Shown: positions 22,679 to 31,460 of the stretch, in pieces | How the letters are laid out: each line of letters begins with the position of its first letter | How positions within the stretch are numbered: position 1 is the first letter of the stretch | NCBI GenBank assembly: GCA_016211995.1 | Contig: JACRHU010000078.1 | Span: forward strand, 1 to 40,265 | Reading direction: 5' to 3' | Source of the DNA: Candidatus Pacearchaeota archaeon | Lineage (GTDB): Archaea; Nanobdellota; Nanobdellia; Pacearchaeales; DTIR01 | Length of the DNA: 40,265 nucleotides | The notes under the pieces: model-generated | Told to the model about the DNA's origin: nothing | Database searches by the model: none | What the model saw: only the letters and a program-made list of their open reading frames with translations | Program-made: the position numbers and the translations under genes

Positions 22679-23606
22679 TTTCTTGTGTTAATGGGTGGAT
22701 TATATCAAGAACCTCTTTAACCTGCTCTGGAGTCTGTCTTCTTTTCAAAATTTTTACTCCTTCTCCAAGGTTTTGGGAATAATAACCAGCAATTGCAACA
22801 GCACAATCTATTAGTCTAGAGTAATCAAGCATTCTCATTACTCTTTCAGGGCCTAAAACACTCTCCCATTGCTTCTGAACCTTATCATAGTCTTCTCTAC
22901 TGTAACTCATTTCAGGCCTTAGAATATAAGTATCAAATTTTTGTGCGAGCTCTTTCATCATCTTTGTAGCATCTAGATCTTGTCCAATTGTATCACCAAT
23001 ATATTTCTTTACTCTGTCTTTCTTTACTAGTTGATAAAAGCCTTCATCACCTGCGATAATCAATAAAGGCTTTTTAACATTTGGAGTTTTACAATGATTT
23101 AGTAAGAAATACGCAGCAAGGTCGTAGCTCTCAACTATATTACTTCCACCACCTCCTTCAGGATAAACTTCATTAATATTCTTTATCAGCTCCTTGCCTT
23201 TTGCAAAATCAGTAACTTGTAAAACATAAGAATCTCCAACATCTCCAACTGCAAGTAATGCTACTTCAAGCTTATTTTCTAGTTTCTTACCCTCTTTTAA
23301 TTCCTCTAAACTACATCCTTGGATTAAGGCATTTGATTCTGAGTAATAAGTAGCAAATTTTTCAAGAACTTTTGCTGGCGCTTCTTTCATTGAGCCAGTT
23401 TTATCGAGCATGACTATTGCAACCAAATCACTATCTGTTGCTATCTCTTTTCCTACAGGTGCTGGAAGTCCTTTTGATTTATGTCCTATATATTCTCTAT
23501 CATCTGATTTAGCATAATCAGAAGCCTTTCTTCTTGTCACCTTTGCATCATCGCTCCAGTTATACCTACTTTTAGGAGTGTCGTAACTTGAGCTAGATCC
23601 ACCCAT
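22656..23606 (-). CDS. vWA-domain protein with a 60-aa Ser/Asp/Lys-rich N-terminal extension starting MGGSSSS
   Basis: MIDAS-like VAIVMLDKTGSMKE, plus EGGGGSNIVESY and LLIAGDEGF. GGAGGAT lies 6 nt upstream of the ATG. This is the first gene of the cluster. Confidence 0.6.
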   Translation of the reverse strand: MGGSSSSYDTPKSRYNWSDDAKVTRRKASDYAKSDDREYIGHKSKGLPAPVGKEIATDSDLVAIVMLDKTGSMKEAPAKVLEKFATYYSESNALIQGCSLEELKEGKKLENKLEVALLAVGDVGDSYVLQVTDFAKGKELIKNINEVYPEGGGGSNIVESYDLAAYFLLNHCKTPNVKKPLLIIAGDEGFYQLVKKDRVKKYIGDTIGQDLDATKMMKELAQKFDTYILRPEMSYSREDYDKVQKQWESVLGPERVMRMLDYSRLIDCAVAIAGYYSQNLGEGVKILKRRQTPEQVKEVLDIIHPLTQENASKKST

Positions 23607-23842
23607 TCTAGTTATCCTCCCTAAATACTTTTTTCATTTTTAGCTTAATTTTGCTGTTTATCTTGTTTATAAGTTTTCTTATTGTTTATCAGTTATTTTT
23701 GTTTATACTAATATCTAGAGTTGTATTAGATATAGATATTACGTACAATTTTTTGTCACTATAGTTGTATATTCTCTAGAAAAGGTTTAGGTTAAATTTA
23801 TATACTAAAATTTTATATTCATAGTATAAGAAAAGAGGGAGA

Positions 23843-24556
23843 ATGAGAAAGAGTTTAAGAAAAATTAGAGATCCTAGTGAAAGGCATGGAGGTGCGAGCT
23901 CTTTATTTAATGAATTTATTCTTGGTGGCCAGGATGGACTAGTTAATGTTTTAGGAATTATACTTGGTATGGCTATTGCAACATCAGATGCTAAACTTGT
24001 AATTATTGCTGGTCTGGCAGCTGCATTTGCAGAATCTATCTCAATGGCAGCTGTTGCTTATACCTCCACTAAAGCGCAAGAAGATTTCTACTACAGCGAA
24101 GAGGAAAGAGAGGTATATGAAATTAAGACTGTCCCTTCAAAAGAAAGAAAAGAGATTTATGATATCTACTATGCAAAAGGATTTAGAAGAAAATTGCTCA
24201 ATGATATAGTAAAAAATATAACATCAAATAAGAGAAGATGGCTTGATATAATGATGAAAGAAGAGCTTGGATTAACAAAAAGTTTTCTACATCCAATAAA
24301 AACAGCTTTGATTGTCGGTCTTTCAGCTATAATCGGTTCTTTAATCCCTCTTTTTACCTTCTTCTTTTTGCCAATAAAGACAGCAATAGTCTATTCTCTC
24401 ATAATATCTGCAATCGCATTATTTATTACAGGGATAGTTGAAGCAAAACTTACAGTCGGGCATTGGATTAAGAAAGGGATTCAGCTTACATTAATAGGAA
24501 TGACTGCTGCGCTTATTGGATTTATAGTTGGAAAGATTCTTGGCATTTCAATATAA
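23843..24556 (+). CDS. VIT1/CCC1-family iron/manganese transporter
   Basis: EFILGGQDGLVNVLGIILGMA, a central acidic cytoplasmic segment (EEEREVYEIK...), and C-terminal TM helices. Confidence 0.75.
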   Translation: MRKSLRKIRDPSERHGGASSLFNEFILGGQDGLVNVLGIILGMAIATSDAKLVIIAGLAAAFAESISMAAVAYTSTKAQEDFYYSEEEREVYEIKTVPSKERKEIYDIYYAKGFRRKLLNDIVKNITSNKRRWLDIMMKEELGLTKSFLHPIKTALIVGLSAIIGSLIPLFTFFFLPIKTAIVYSLIISAIALFITGIVEAKLTVGHWIKKGIQLTLIGMTAALIGFIVGKILGISI

Positions 24557-24613
24557 TTTCTGTCTAGTCGCAAAAATCATAAATTTTAAATACCTATGAC
24601 ATATTGAATTTTC

Positions 24614-24994
24614 ATGGGAAAATTTATAATTTTTATAATATTTTTTGTTTTAGGAATACTCGGAGGAGCTTATCTAAAAGAAAACTCTACTACTCCAGTA
24701 GATTTCACGCTAGATACTACCGGAAAAGTTGTTAGTAATGCGGCTGAAGAAAACATTAATTTTATACTTTATCCTTTTAAATCCCTATCTAATTTAAACC
24801 CAGTAGTTTTATCATCCCTTTTATTATTATTTTTTGTATTTCTGATATTTATAATAACTAAAACATTTTCGACATTGTTTATTTCTGGTATCGGTCTAAC
24901 TGGGGGTGTGTTAATATTTTTCGCTCCGATAATTGGTTTTGGAATTCTTGCCTTTGGAGTTATTTATTCATTAATCCTAGAAGAAATTTTATAG
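24614..24994 (+). CDS. Hypothetical membrane protein
   Basis: 126-aa ATG ORF with 3-4 hydrophobic segments. Confidence 0.45.
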   Translation: MGKFIIFIIFFVLGILGGAYLKENSTTPVDFTLDTTGKVVSNAAEENINFILYPFKSLSNLNPVVLSSLLLLFFVFLIFIITKTFSTLFISGIGLTGGVLIFFAPIIGFGILAFGVIYSLILEEIL

Positions 24995-25040
24995 TTTTTA
25001 GATTCTGAAAGTTTAAAAATAAGATTTTGCTTATCTTCTC

Positions 25041-26123
25041 ATGAAAATCAGTATAATCGGAGCAGGTCCTGCTGGATGCTTTACAGCATATCTTCTTGCT
25101 AAACATGGTTTTGATGTTTCAGTATATGAACAGAAAAGTAAAATAGGCAAGATACAATGCGGTGGCGGTTTAACTCCTTCAATAGAAAAAGTAGATGCTA
25201 TGTTCAGGACAAAAGAATTTAAAAAAACTATAGTCAACAGAATAGCTAGCAATATCTTTCGCTCTCTTAATAATTCTTTAGAAATTAAATTTAAGCATCC
25301 AGAATATGTAGTTAACAGAATTAAATTTGATAATTTCATAGCAGATAAAGCAAGAAAAGCCGGTGCCAAGATAAATCTGCGAAGCAAATTTATAAGAATT
25401 AAAGAAAAAAGACAGAAAATTAAGTTTATAATAAAGCAGAATGACAAAGAGATAGAAAAAGAAACAGATATTCTTATCGGCGCAGACGGTGCACTAAGCC
25501 AGGTTTGCAAGTGCATTGGCATTAAAAAAAATTTAGTTCTTGCAATTGAAGCAAGATGCATAGGAAAATTCAAAAGAAATGTATATGAAATTTTCCTTGG
25601 GAAAGAATATGGAAAACTCTATGCATGGATTATCCCAGAATCCTCAAGTATCGCAAGAGTTGGTTTATTTGAGGAATATAATAAATTCAAACATTTAATT
25701 AAAAAATTAAATGCTAAAATCTTGGATATGCGTTCTGGCTATATATCTATTGATAAGCCAATTAAATGCTATTGTGGGAAGAATGTCTACCTTGTAGGAG
25801 ATGCAGCATGTCAGGTTAAAGCTTCAACTGGCGGAGGGATAATTCCTAGCCTTATAGGAGCTAAAATTCTTGCGAAAAGTATAATTAATAAAGAGAGTTT
25901 TGAAAAAAATCTTAAAAAATTCAAACGAGATTTATATCTTCATTATATTATAAGAAAAGTACTAAACAAGCTCTCTGACTCGGATTATGACAAGCTGCTT
26001 GAGATGATTAAAAATGACTCAAAGATTAAAAAATTCTTGGAAGAAAGCAGCAGGGATGAGATCAGCTTCTCAAAAATACCTTTTAGAGCTAAATTTCTTA
26101 GATATGCTAAAAAAATAATTTAA
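25041..26123 (+). CDS. FAD-dependent geranylgeranyl reductase family oxidoreductase
   Basis: N-terminal dinucleotide fold ISIIGAGPAGCFTAYLLAKHGFDVSVYE, plus GADGALSQV and LVGDAACQVKASTGGGI. Confidence 0.85.
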   Translation: MKISIIGAGPAGCFTAYLLAKHGFDVSVYEQKSKIGKIQCGGGLTPSIEKVDAMFRTKEFKKTIVNRIASNIFRSLNNSLEIKFKHPEYVVNRIKFDNFIADKARKAGAKINLRSKFIRIKEKRQKIKFIIKQNDKEIEKETDILIGADGALSQVCKCIGIKKNLVLAIEARCIGKFKRNVYEIFLGKEYGKLYAWIIPESSSIARVGLFEEYNKFKHLIKKLNAKILDMRSGYISIDKPIKCYCGKNVYLVGDAACQVKASTGGGIIPSLIGAKILAKSIINKESFEKNLKKFKRDLYLHYIIRKVLNKLSDSDYDKLLEMIKNDSKIKKFLEESSRDEISFSKIPFRAKFLRYAKKII

Positions 26124-27367
26124 GGAAATCTTTTTTTATTTTCTTTTAGGGCTTCAAAAACAGGTGTTGTTCCATGGGCTATAAAATAAAGAGCAGAGCC
26201 CCCACCTGTCGAAGAGTTTGCGTTAAATTCTTTTCCCCTAGATTTTATATCACTAACAGTATCACCACCTAAGGCAATAGAATTTTCTGGATTTTGGTTC
26301 ATATATTCTACTATTGAATCAGTAGCCTCGCAAAATCCTGCTGTATAAATTCCTGGTGTTCCTGCCATAACTATTCTGCCTTTATATAAAACACATTTTT
26401 CTAGGCCTTTTTTTGCAGACTCTGATAAAACAAAATCAACAATCATATATTCTTCTGGAATATCGCTACAAGACTTAATTTCATAGACTTTACCAAATGC
26501 ACCATCCTCTTTTTTTGCTATCCTAACTTTTTGAGGGAATAATATCTTATTAGGATATAACTCAAGTACTTTTTCTACCTCATCAAAAAAGGTTTTACCT
26601 TCATCATCAACAACAGATTTTCCAATCATGACTTCTATTCTACTGTCTCGTGCTTCTTTTTGTTCTTCTTTCTTGATTGTCTTTTGGAGAACATAATAGA
26701 GCGTATTTAAAACAATCCCTCCCGGAATTATAAAGTCATATGTTTCAATAAAGCCTGCTAAACCATCTTTTATTTTTTCTCCTTTTATGCCTCCGAGAAT
26801 TGCTATCGAAAGTCTCCTTTCCTCTCCTGCCCATTTTTCTAACTTTTCCATTTCTCTCTGCTGGCTTCTTGTTAAATATCCTAGTAGATGATTAAGAATT
26901 CCAGTATTTGATGCATTTTTTCTATGCGCTTTACCAAAACCGCCAATTGCTACTTTCCCTTCTTTTCCTACAAGAGCTGCAAATTGTTCAGCAAGTTGAG
27001 AGTCATTTTTTTCTTCTCCTTCATGAAACCTTGTATTGCCTAAAACAGCTATATCCCTTGCCTTGAGGCTATTAACAAATTCAATTGCTGCAGGAGTATT
27101 ATTTTCTGGAAAGTATTTAACCTCTTTTCCTAATTTTTCAGTTAAATGAGAAGCAACAAAATCTAAAGGCTTTGCTTTTCCAAATCTGCCTTCATGTGCA
27201 AGAATAATTGTAATTCCTTGGTTATCAGAAATCTGCTTTAAATCCTCAAGCTCTTCATCAACCCTCTTTAGTTTAGGATCATTTGCATCTGCACTATAAA
27301 CCCATTTTTCACCAGGGTTGATTATTGTATCTTCTAGCTTATTAACCTGGGTAAAGTCTATGGGCAT
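26120..27367 (-). CDS. pgk: Phosphoglycerate kinase
   Basis: IILAHEGRFGK, GNTRFHEGEEKND, GGFGKAHRKNAS, ILGGIKGEKI, GGDTVS and STGGGSALYF are all collinear with PGK motifs. Confidence 0.9.
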   Translation of the reverse strand: MPIDFTQVNKLEDTIINPGEKWVYSADANDPKLKRVDEELEDLKQISDNQGITIILAHEGRFGKAKPLDFVASHLTEKLGKEVKYFPENNTPAAIEFVNSLKARDIAVLGNTRFHEGEEKNDSQLAEQFAALVGKEGKVAIGGFGKAHRKNASNTGILNHLLGYLTRSQQREMEKLEKWAGEERRLSIAILGGIKGEKIKDGLAGFIETYDFIIPGGIVLNTLYYVLQKTIKKEEQKEARDSRIEVMIGKSVVDDEGKTFFDEVEKVLELYPNKILFPQKVRIAKKEDGAFGKVYEIKSCSDIPEEYMIVDFVLSESAKKGLEKCVLYKGRIVMAGTPGIYTAGFCEATDSIVEYMNQNPENSIALGGDTVSDIKSRGKEFNANSSTGGGSALYFIAHGTTPVFEALKENKKRFP

Positions 27368-27429
27368 GTTAATTCGATTTAGAACTCTTCTAATTCTTTA
27401 AATAGTTTTATATTCTAAAAAATATAGTT

Positions 27430-27624
27430 CTATTTTTTCTTTTTTGCAGCTTCCTTCTGTGCTTTTTCTATCTCAGCTTTTATATCAACGCCAAGCTTTT
27501 CAAGAGACTTAATATGTGCTTGAATAAATGCATCAACTATGCTTATTAGTTTTACAAGCTCATTTCTCTCTGCGAATAAAGTTGACAGTGCACCTTTATG
27601 AAAGCCTATTTGCTCGCTAGTCAT
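27430..27624 (-). CDS. Small helical hypothetical protein
   Basis: 64-aa ATG ORF that overlaps the HAD gene stop by 8 nt and has a K-rich tail. Confidence 0.4.
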   Translation of the reverse strand: MTSEQIGFHKGALSTLFAERNELVKLISIVDAFIQAHIKSLEKLGVDIKAEIEKAQKEAAKKKK

Positions 27625-28195
27625 TTTTTTCCTCCTTGCTAAATTTAATAAACTTGATTATTTGTGAAGCATTATATAAATCTGCTGCTACATAATCTGG
27701 TTTATCTTTATAATGCCCATCATTCCCAGCATAACCTGTTGTAACAAGAATAGTCTGCAGATTTTTATTTTTTCCTAAAGAGATATCACAAGTCTGATCA
27801 CCAATCATCCAACCACTATTTAATTCTATTTTCAGCTCTTGAACTGCTTTTTCTAACATTCCTGGCTCTGGTTTTCTGCATGGACATTTTTCGCTAATTC
27901 TATGCGGGCAATAATAAATTCCATCAAATATAATTCCTTTTTCTTTCATCTCTGCATCAAATCTTTCGAGAAGCTGTTTAAAGTCTTTATCTTGTATAAT
28001 GCCATAACCTATCGCTGCCTGATTGGAGATTAAAACAAGCCTGTTATCCATAGACATTTCTTTCAGGCCTTTAACTGCATTTCGCAAATATTTTGGTTTT
28101 AAACTTCCTATTCCTAATCTTCGTAGAAAGATTCCAAAAGAATCTTTGTTTACAATTGTTCCATAAAAATCCAAAAATATTGTTGATTTTTCCAT
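27617..28195 (-). CDS. HAD-IIIA family phosphatase (GmhB/histidinol-phosphatase-like)
   Basis: Motif I is IFLDFYGTIV. The Zn-finger-like CPHRISEKCPCRKPEPGM and WMIGDQTCDI are also present. Confidence 0.75.
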   Translation of the reverse strand: MEKSTIFLDFYGTIVNKDSFGIFLRRLGIGSLKPKYLRNAVKGLKEMSMDNRLVLISNQAAIGYGIIQDKDFKQLLERFDAEMKEKGIIFDGIYYCPHRISEKCPCRKPEPGMLEKAVQELKIELNSGWMIGDQTCDISLGKNKNLQTILVTTGYAGNDGHYKDKPDYVAADLYNASQIIKFIKFSKEEKND

Positions 28196-28235
28196 TTTTT
28201 ATTGCTACGTTGTTAATGCCTAAGCAATTGATATC

Positions 28236-28283
28236 AAAAAAATCCTTTCGGATTTTTAGGATCCTAAAAACATTTTAGTTTTT
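28236..28283. repeat. Twin-hairpin intergenic element, copy 4 (closest match to copy 1)
   Basis: Hairpin AAAAATCC(28238-45)/GGATTTTT(28250-57), central AGGATCCT (28258-65), then hairpin AAAAAC(28266-71)/GTTTTT(28278-83). It shares ATCAAAAAAATC...GATTTTTAGGATCCT with 362-392. Confidence 0.65.
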
Positions 28284-28345
28284 ATGATTGCTTACATTTG
28301 TCTCGGCTTATCAATGCCGAGTTATTGATAGATCATTGATTATGA

Positions 28346-28636
28346 TTAAGCTTTGATAACTTTTATATTTTTATTTTTAACATGCCACTCTGTATGGCCA
28401 AATTGTATGATTAAATCTATCTCTTTTAAATGTTGCACTTGGGGGATATCACAGGCACCAAAACAAGAGCCAAACCAAATTATGCATGTTGCCTTAGTCT
28501 GTTTTTCAATTTCCTCGGCAACTTGGGTCGCTTTAGGCTTTAAACCATCTGGAAACTGCAAGAGCACAAGCTTTGCTTTTTCTTTCTTTATTATTTTAAC
28601 AATTTTATCTATTTCTAAATCATAATCAGATTCCAT
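28346..28636 (-). pseudogene. dph2: Dph2 (diphthamide synthesis, 2-(3-amino-3-carboxypropyl)histidine synthase) N-terminal fragment only, 96 aa
   Basis: YDLEIDKIVKIIKKEKAKLVLLQFPDGLK...GSCFGACDI...IDLIIQFGHT matches the first ~90 residues of archaeal Dph2 (~330 aa). The ORF then stops, and no continuation exists in any frame before 28195. Confidence 0.6.
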
Positions 28637-28687
28637 GTATAAAAGAAAAAGAAAAGGTTTTTATATTTAATGAATTAGCATTAATGG

Positions 28688-29629
28688 ATGGAAAAATTGA
28701 AGCATATAATAAGAACGCAGGACTTTGATCATGAGTTTTTAGAGAGCTTATTTAAAAGAACTTCTGAAATCAAAAACGAGCTCGTCTCTGGAAAATATCC
28801 TTATTCATTTTCTGATTCTTTAAATGGAAGAATTTTAGCTTCATTATTCTATGAAGAGAGCACAAGAACAAGATTTAGTTTTGAGTCTGCAATGTTGAGA
28901 CTTGGGGGAGAGGTTGTAGGAACAGAAGCTGCAAAATTATTTTCTAGCGCAACCAAAGGTGAGTCACTTGAGGATACTATAAGAATAGTAGACAATTATG
29001 CACATGTTATTGTTTTAAGGCATAAACAAGATGATGCAGCAGAGATAGCTGCAAAATATTCAGAGGTTCCTGTGATAAATGCTGGTTCAGGAAAAGGCCA
29101 CCATCCAACTCAGACATTACTTGACCTCTACACAATAAATGAAGAACTTGGAGGAATAGATGGAAAGAAAATAGCAATGATTGGAGATTTAGCAAATGGA
29201 AGAACTGTGAGATCACTTGCTTATATTTTAACCAAATTTAAGGATGTTGAAATAATTTTTATTGCTCCTGAAAATCTTAAAATGAAAGATGATATTAAAA
29301 AGCATCTTAGAGAGCATAAAATTAAATTTTCAGAAAAAAGTTCATTAGAGGAAGTATTACCTTATATTGATATTGCTTATATAACTCGCATACAAAAAGA
29401 AAGAATGTCCTGGTGGAATTATAGAAAATCACGTGGAAAATATAAGATAGGTGAAAAAGAACTTAATTTAATGAAGAAAGATGCAAGATTAATGCATCCT
29501 CTTCCACATGTTGAGGAAATTTGCTTAAGCCCAGAAATAGAACAAACAGACATAAGGGTAGCTTATTTCAGACAGGCAGATAATGGGCTATATGTTAGAA
29601 TGGCTTTGCTAGAATATCTTTTAAAATAA
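28688..29629 (+). CDS. pyrB: Aspartate carbamoyltransferase catalytic subunit
   Basis: FYEESTRTRFSFE, HPTQTLLDL, MHPLP and the overall length of 313 aa. No pyrI follows. Confidence 0.9.
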   Translation: MEKLKHIIRTQDFDHEFLESLFKRTSEIKNELVSGKYPYSFSDSLNGRILASLFYEESTRTRFSFESAMLRLGGEVVGTEAAKLFSSATKGESLEDTIRIVDNYAHVIVLRHKQDDAAEIAAKYSEVPVINAGSGKGHHPTQTLLDLYTINEELGGIDGKKIAMIGDLANGRTVRSLAYILTKFKDVEIIFIAPENLKMKDDIKKHLREHKIKFSEKSSLEEVLPYIDIAYITRIQKERMSWWNYRKSRGKYKIGEKELNLMKKDARLMHPLPHVEEICLSPEIEQTDIRVAYFRQADNGLYVRMALLEYLLK

Positions 29630-29708
29630 TTAAAAAGAATAAGATTAATATCTGAGCGATTGACAGCTCAGCAATTGTAAGCCTGTCAAGGCTTAGATCT
29701 TAACAAAA

Positions 29709-30602
29709 ATGAAAATAATATATTCTGAAAAATGTCTAGAATATGACCCTTCCAAGCTCCTTGGAGGGCATCCTGAAGTTCCTGAAAGAGTTAGCAAAAC
29801 TTACGATTTTTTAAAACAAAAAGGATTTGAGTTTATTGAAGCAAGTCCTTGTTCTGAAAAAGAAATTTTACTTGCGCATTCTGAAAATCATTTAAACATT
29901 GTTAAAAGTGCAAATTTCTCCGGCCATGATACTGTTGCATTTCCTGATTCTCTTAGATATGCAAGACTGTCAGCAGGAGCTGCAATCCAAGCAGCTGAGC
30001 TTGCTTGTAAGGATAAAGAATTTATATTCTCATTAACAAGGCCACCAGGGCATCATGCTTCTATACGGCCTGCAGGATTTTGTTACCTTAATAGTATGGC
30101 AATTGCAATCTCAAAACTTTTAAAGGGAAGAGTAACAAGAGCTGCAATTCTTGATATTGATGTGCATCATGGAAATGGCACAGAGGATTTGATTTATGGA
30201 AAAGATAATGTTTTATTCATAAGCATACATCAATATCCTTTATATCCATTAAGTGGGTTAGAGAGCAGGTTGAATTGCATAAATATTCCATTAAATCCAG
30301 GAACAACAGAGGAGCAGTATCTTGCAGCATTGAATAAAGCACTGTTTCATATAGAAAGATTTGGACCAGAAATACTCGGAATTTCAGCTGGTTTTGACAC
30401 ATACTGTGAAGAAGATAAGTATGATTTAGGCGATTTTCAATTAAAAAAAGAGAGTTATAGAAAAATAGGAGAAATGATAAGTAGAACATGCAAGCAATTA
30501 AAAATTCCTTCTTTCGCAATACTTGAAGGGGGATATTCAGAAGATTTACCAGAACTAATACATAATTTTTTGAATGGAATTAAAGATGGTGAAAGTTCTT
30601 GA
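29709..30602 (+). CDS. Histone deacetylase / acetoin-utilisation (AcuC) family deacetylase
   Basis: RPPGHHA, DIDVHHGNGT, SAGFD and LEGGY. Confidence 0.9.
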   Translation: MKIIYSEKCLEYDPSKLLGGHPEVPERVSKTYDFLKQKGFEFIEASPCSEKEILLAHSENHLNIVKSANFSGHDTVAFPDSLRYARLSAGAAIQAAELACKDKEFIFSLTRPPGHHASIRPAGFCYLNSMAIAISKLLKGRVTRAAILDIDVHHGNGTEDLIYGKDNVLFISIHQYPLYPLSGLESRLNCINIPLNPGTTEEQYLAALNKALFHIERFGPEILGISAGFDTYCEEDKYDLGDFQLKKESYRKIGEMISRTCKQLKIPSFAILEGGYSEDLPELIHNFLNGIKDGESS

Positions 30603-30867
30603 GTTAATTAAAAAAATTCCAGGAGGAAAAGTTTCTACATATAAAGCTATCGCCTTGAAACTTAAAATGCATCCACGAGTTGTTGCAAAAGAGCTAGGAA
30701 AAAATCCACATCCTATAAAAATTCCTTGCCATAGGGTTGTGCATAAGAACGGAAGGATTGGTGGTTATAAACTTGGAAAGAAAAAGAAAATAGAATTGTT
30801 AAAAAAAGAGGGGGTTAAAATCAAGAATGATAGAATAGATTTAAAAATATTCTTTCATAAGTTATGA
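30586..30867 (+). CDS. ogt: Methylated-DNA-protein-cysteine methyltransferase, DNA-binding/active-site domain only
   Basis: IPGGKVSTYKAIA...NPHPIKIPCHRVV (PCHR active site). An alternative ATG lies at 30574. The gene overlaps the end of the deacetylase gene. Confidence 0.8.
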   Translation: MVKVLELIKKIPGGKVSTYKAIALKLKMHPRVVAKELGKNPHPIKIPCHRVVHKNGRIGGYKLGKKKKIELLKKEGVKIKNDRIDLKIFFHKL

Positions 30868-30868
30868 T

Positions 30869-31453
30869 ATGAATAGGTGGATTAGAATACTGCTTTTCGC
30901 TGACTTTTTTGTATTATTAGCTGCTGGTATGCTGACTCCTATTTATGCTATTTTTGTTGAAAAGATTGGTGGTGACTTATTAGATGCAAGCATTGCGTGG
31001 GCAATTTTTTCATTTTCTTCAGGCTTTTTACTTTGGATTATAGGAAAATGGGAAGATAAAGTAAAACATTATGTAAAATTGCTAGTAGTCGGCTATTTTG
31101 TTAGAGCAATTGGTTTTTTAGGCTACTTATTTGTGAGTAACAGATATGAGCTATTTATTGTTCAGCTTTTAATAGGAATTGGAGCAAGTATAAGCTTACC
31201 TTCTTATGATTCCTTATACTCAAAATATATTGATAAAAAAGAATATGCAACAGAATGGGGTTTATGGGAAGGCATGAATCTAATGGTTGCTGCATTAGCT
31301 GCAATTATTGGAGGATTAGTTGCAACATATCTTGGTTTTACGTTCCTTTTTATATCAATGTTTGCCCTATCAATAATCGGATTCTTTATTTCTTTAACTC
31401 TATTGAAAAAGAAAAAGTTGAGTAACAAAAATACCCCATCAAAGAGATTATAA
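30869..31453 (+). CDS. Six-TM membrane protein resembling half of an MFS transporter
   Basis: 194 aa with about 6 hydrophobic helices. No specific motif. Confidence 0.5.
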   Translation: MNRWIRILLFADFFVLLAAGMLTPIYAIFVEKIGGDLLDASIAWAIFSFSSGFLLWIIGKWEDKVKHYVKLLVVGYFVRAIGFLGYLFVSNRYELFIVQLLIGIGASISLPSYDSLYSKYIDKKEYATEWGLWEGMNLMVAALAAIIGGLVATYLGFTFLFISMFALSIIGFFISLTLLKKKKLSNKNTPSKRL

Positions 31454-31460
31454 AAATACA

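Noticed and set aside
25031-25573. 180-aa minus-strand ORF antisense to the geranylgeranyl reductase gene
   Set aside because: The plus frame has the GxGxxG FAD fold and the GGR motifs. The antisense ORF is hydrophobic noise.
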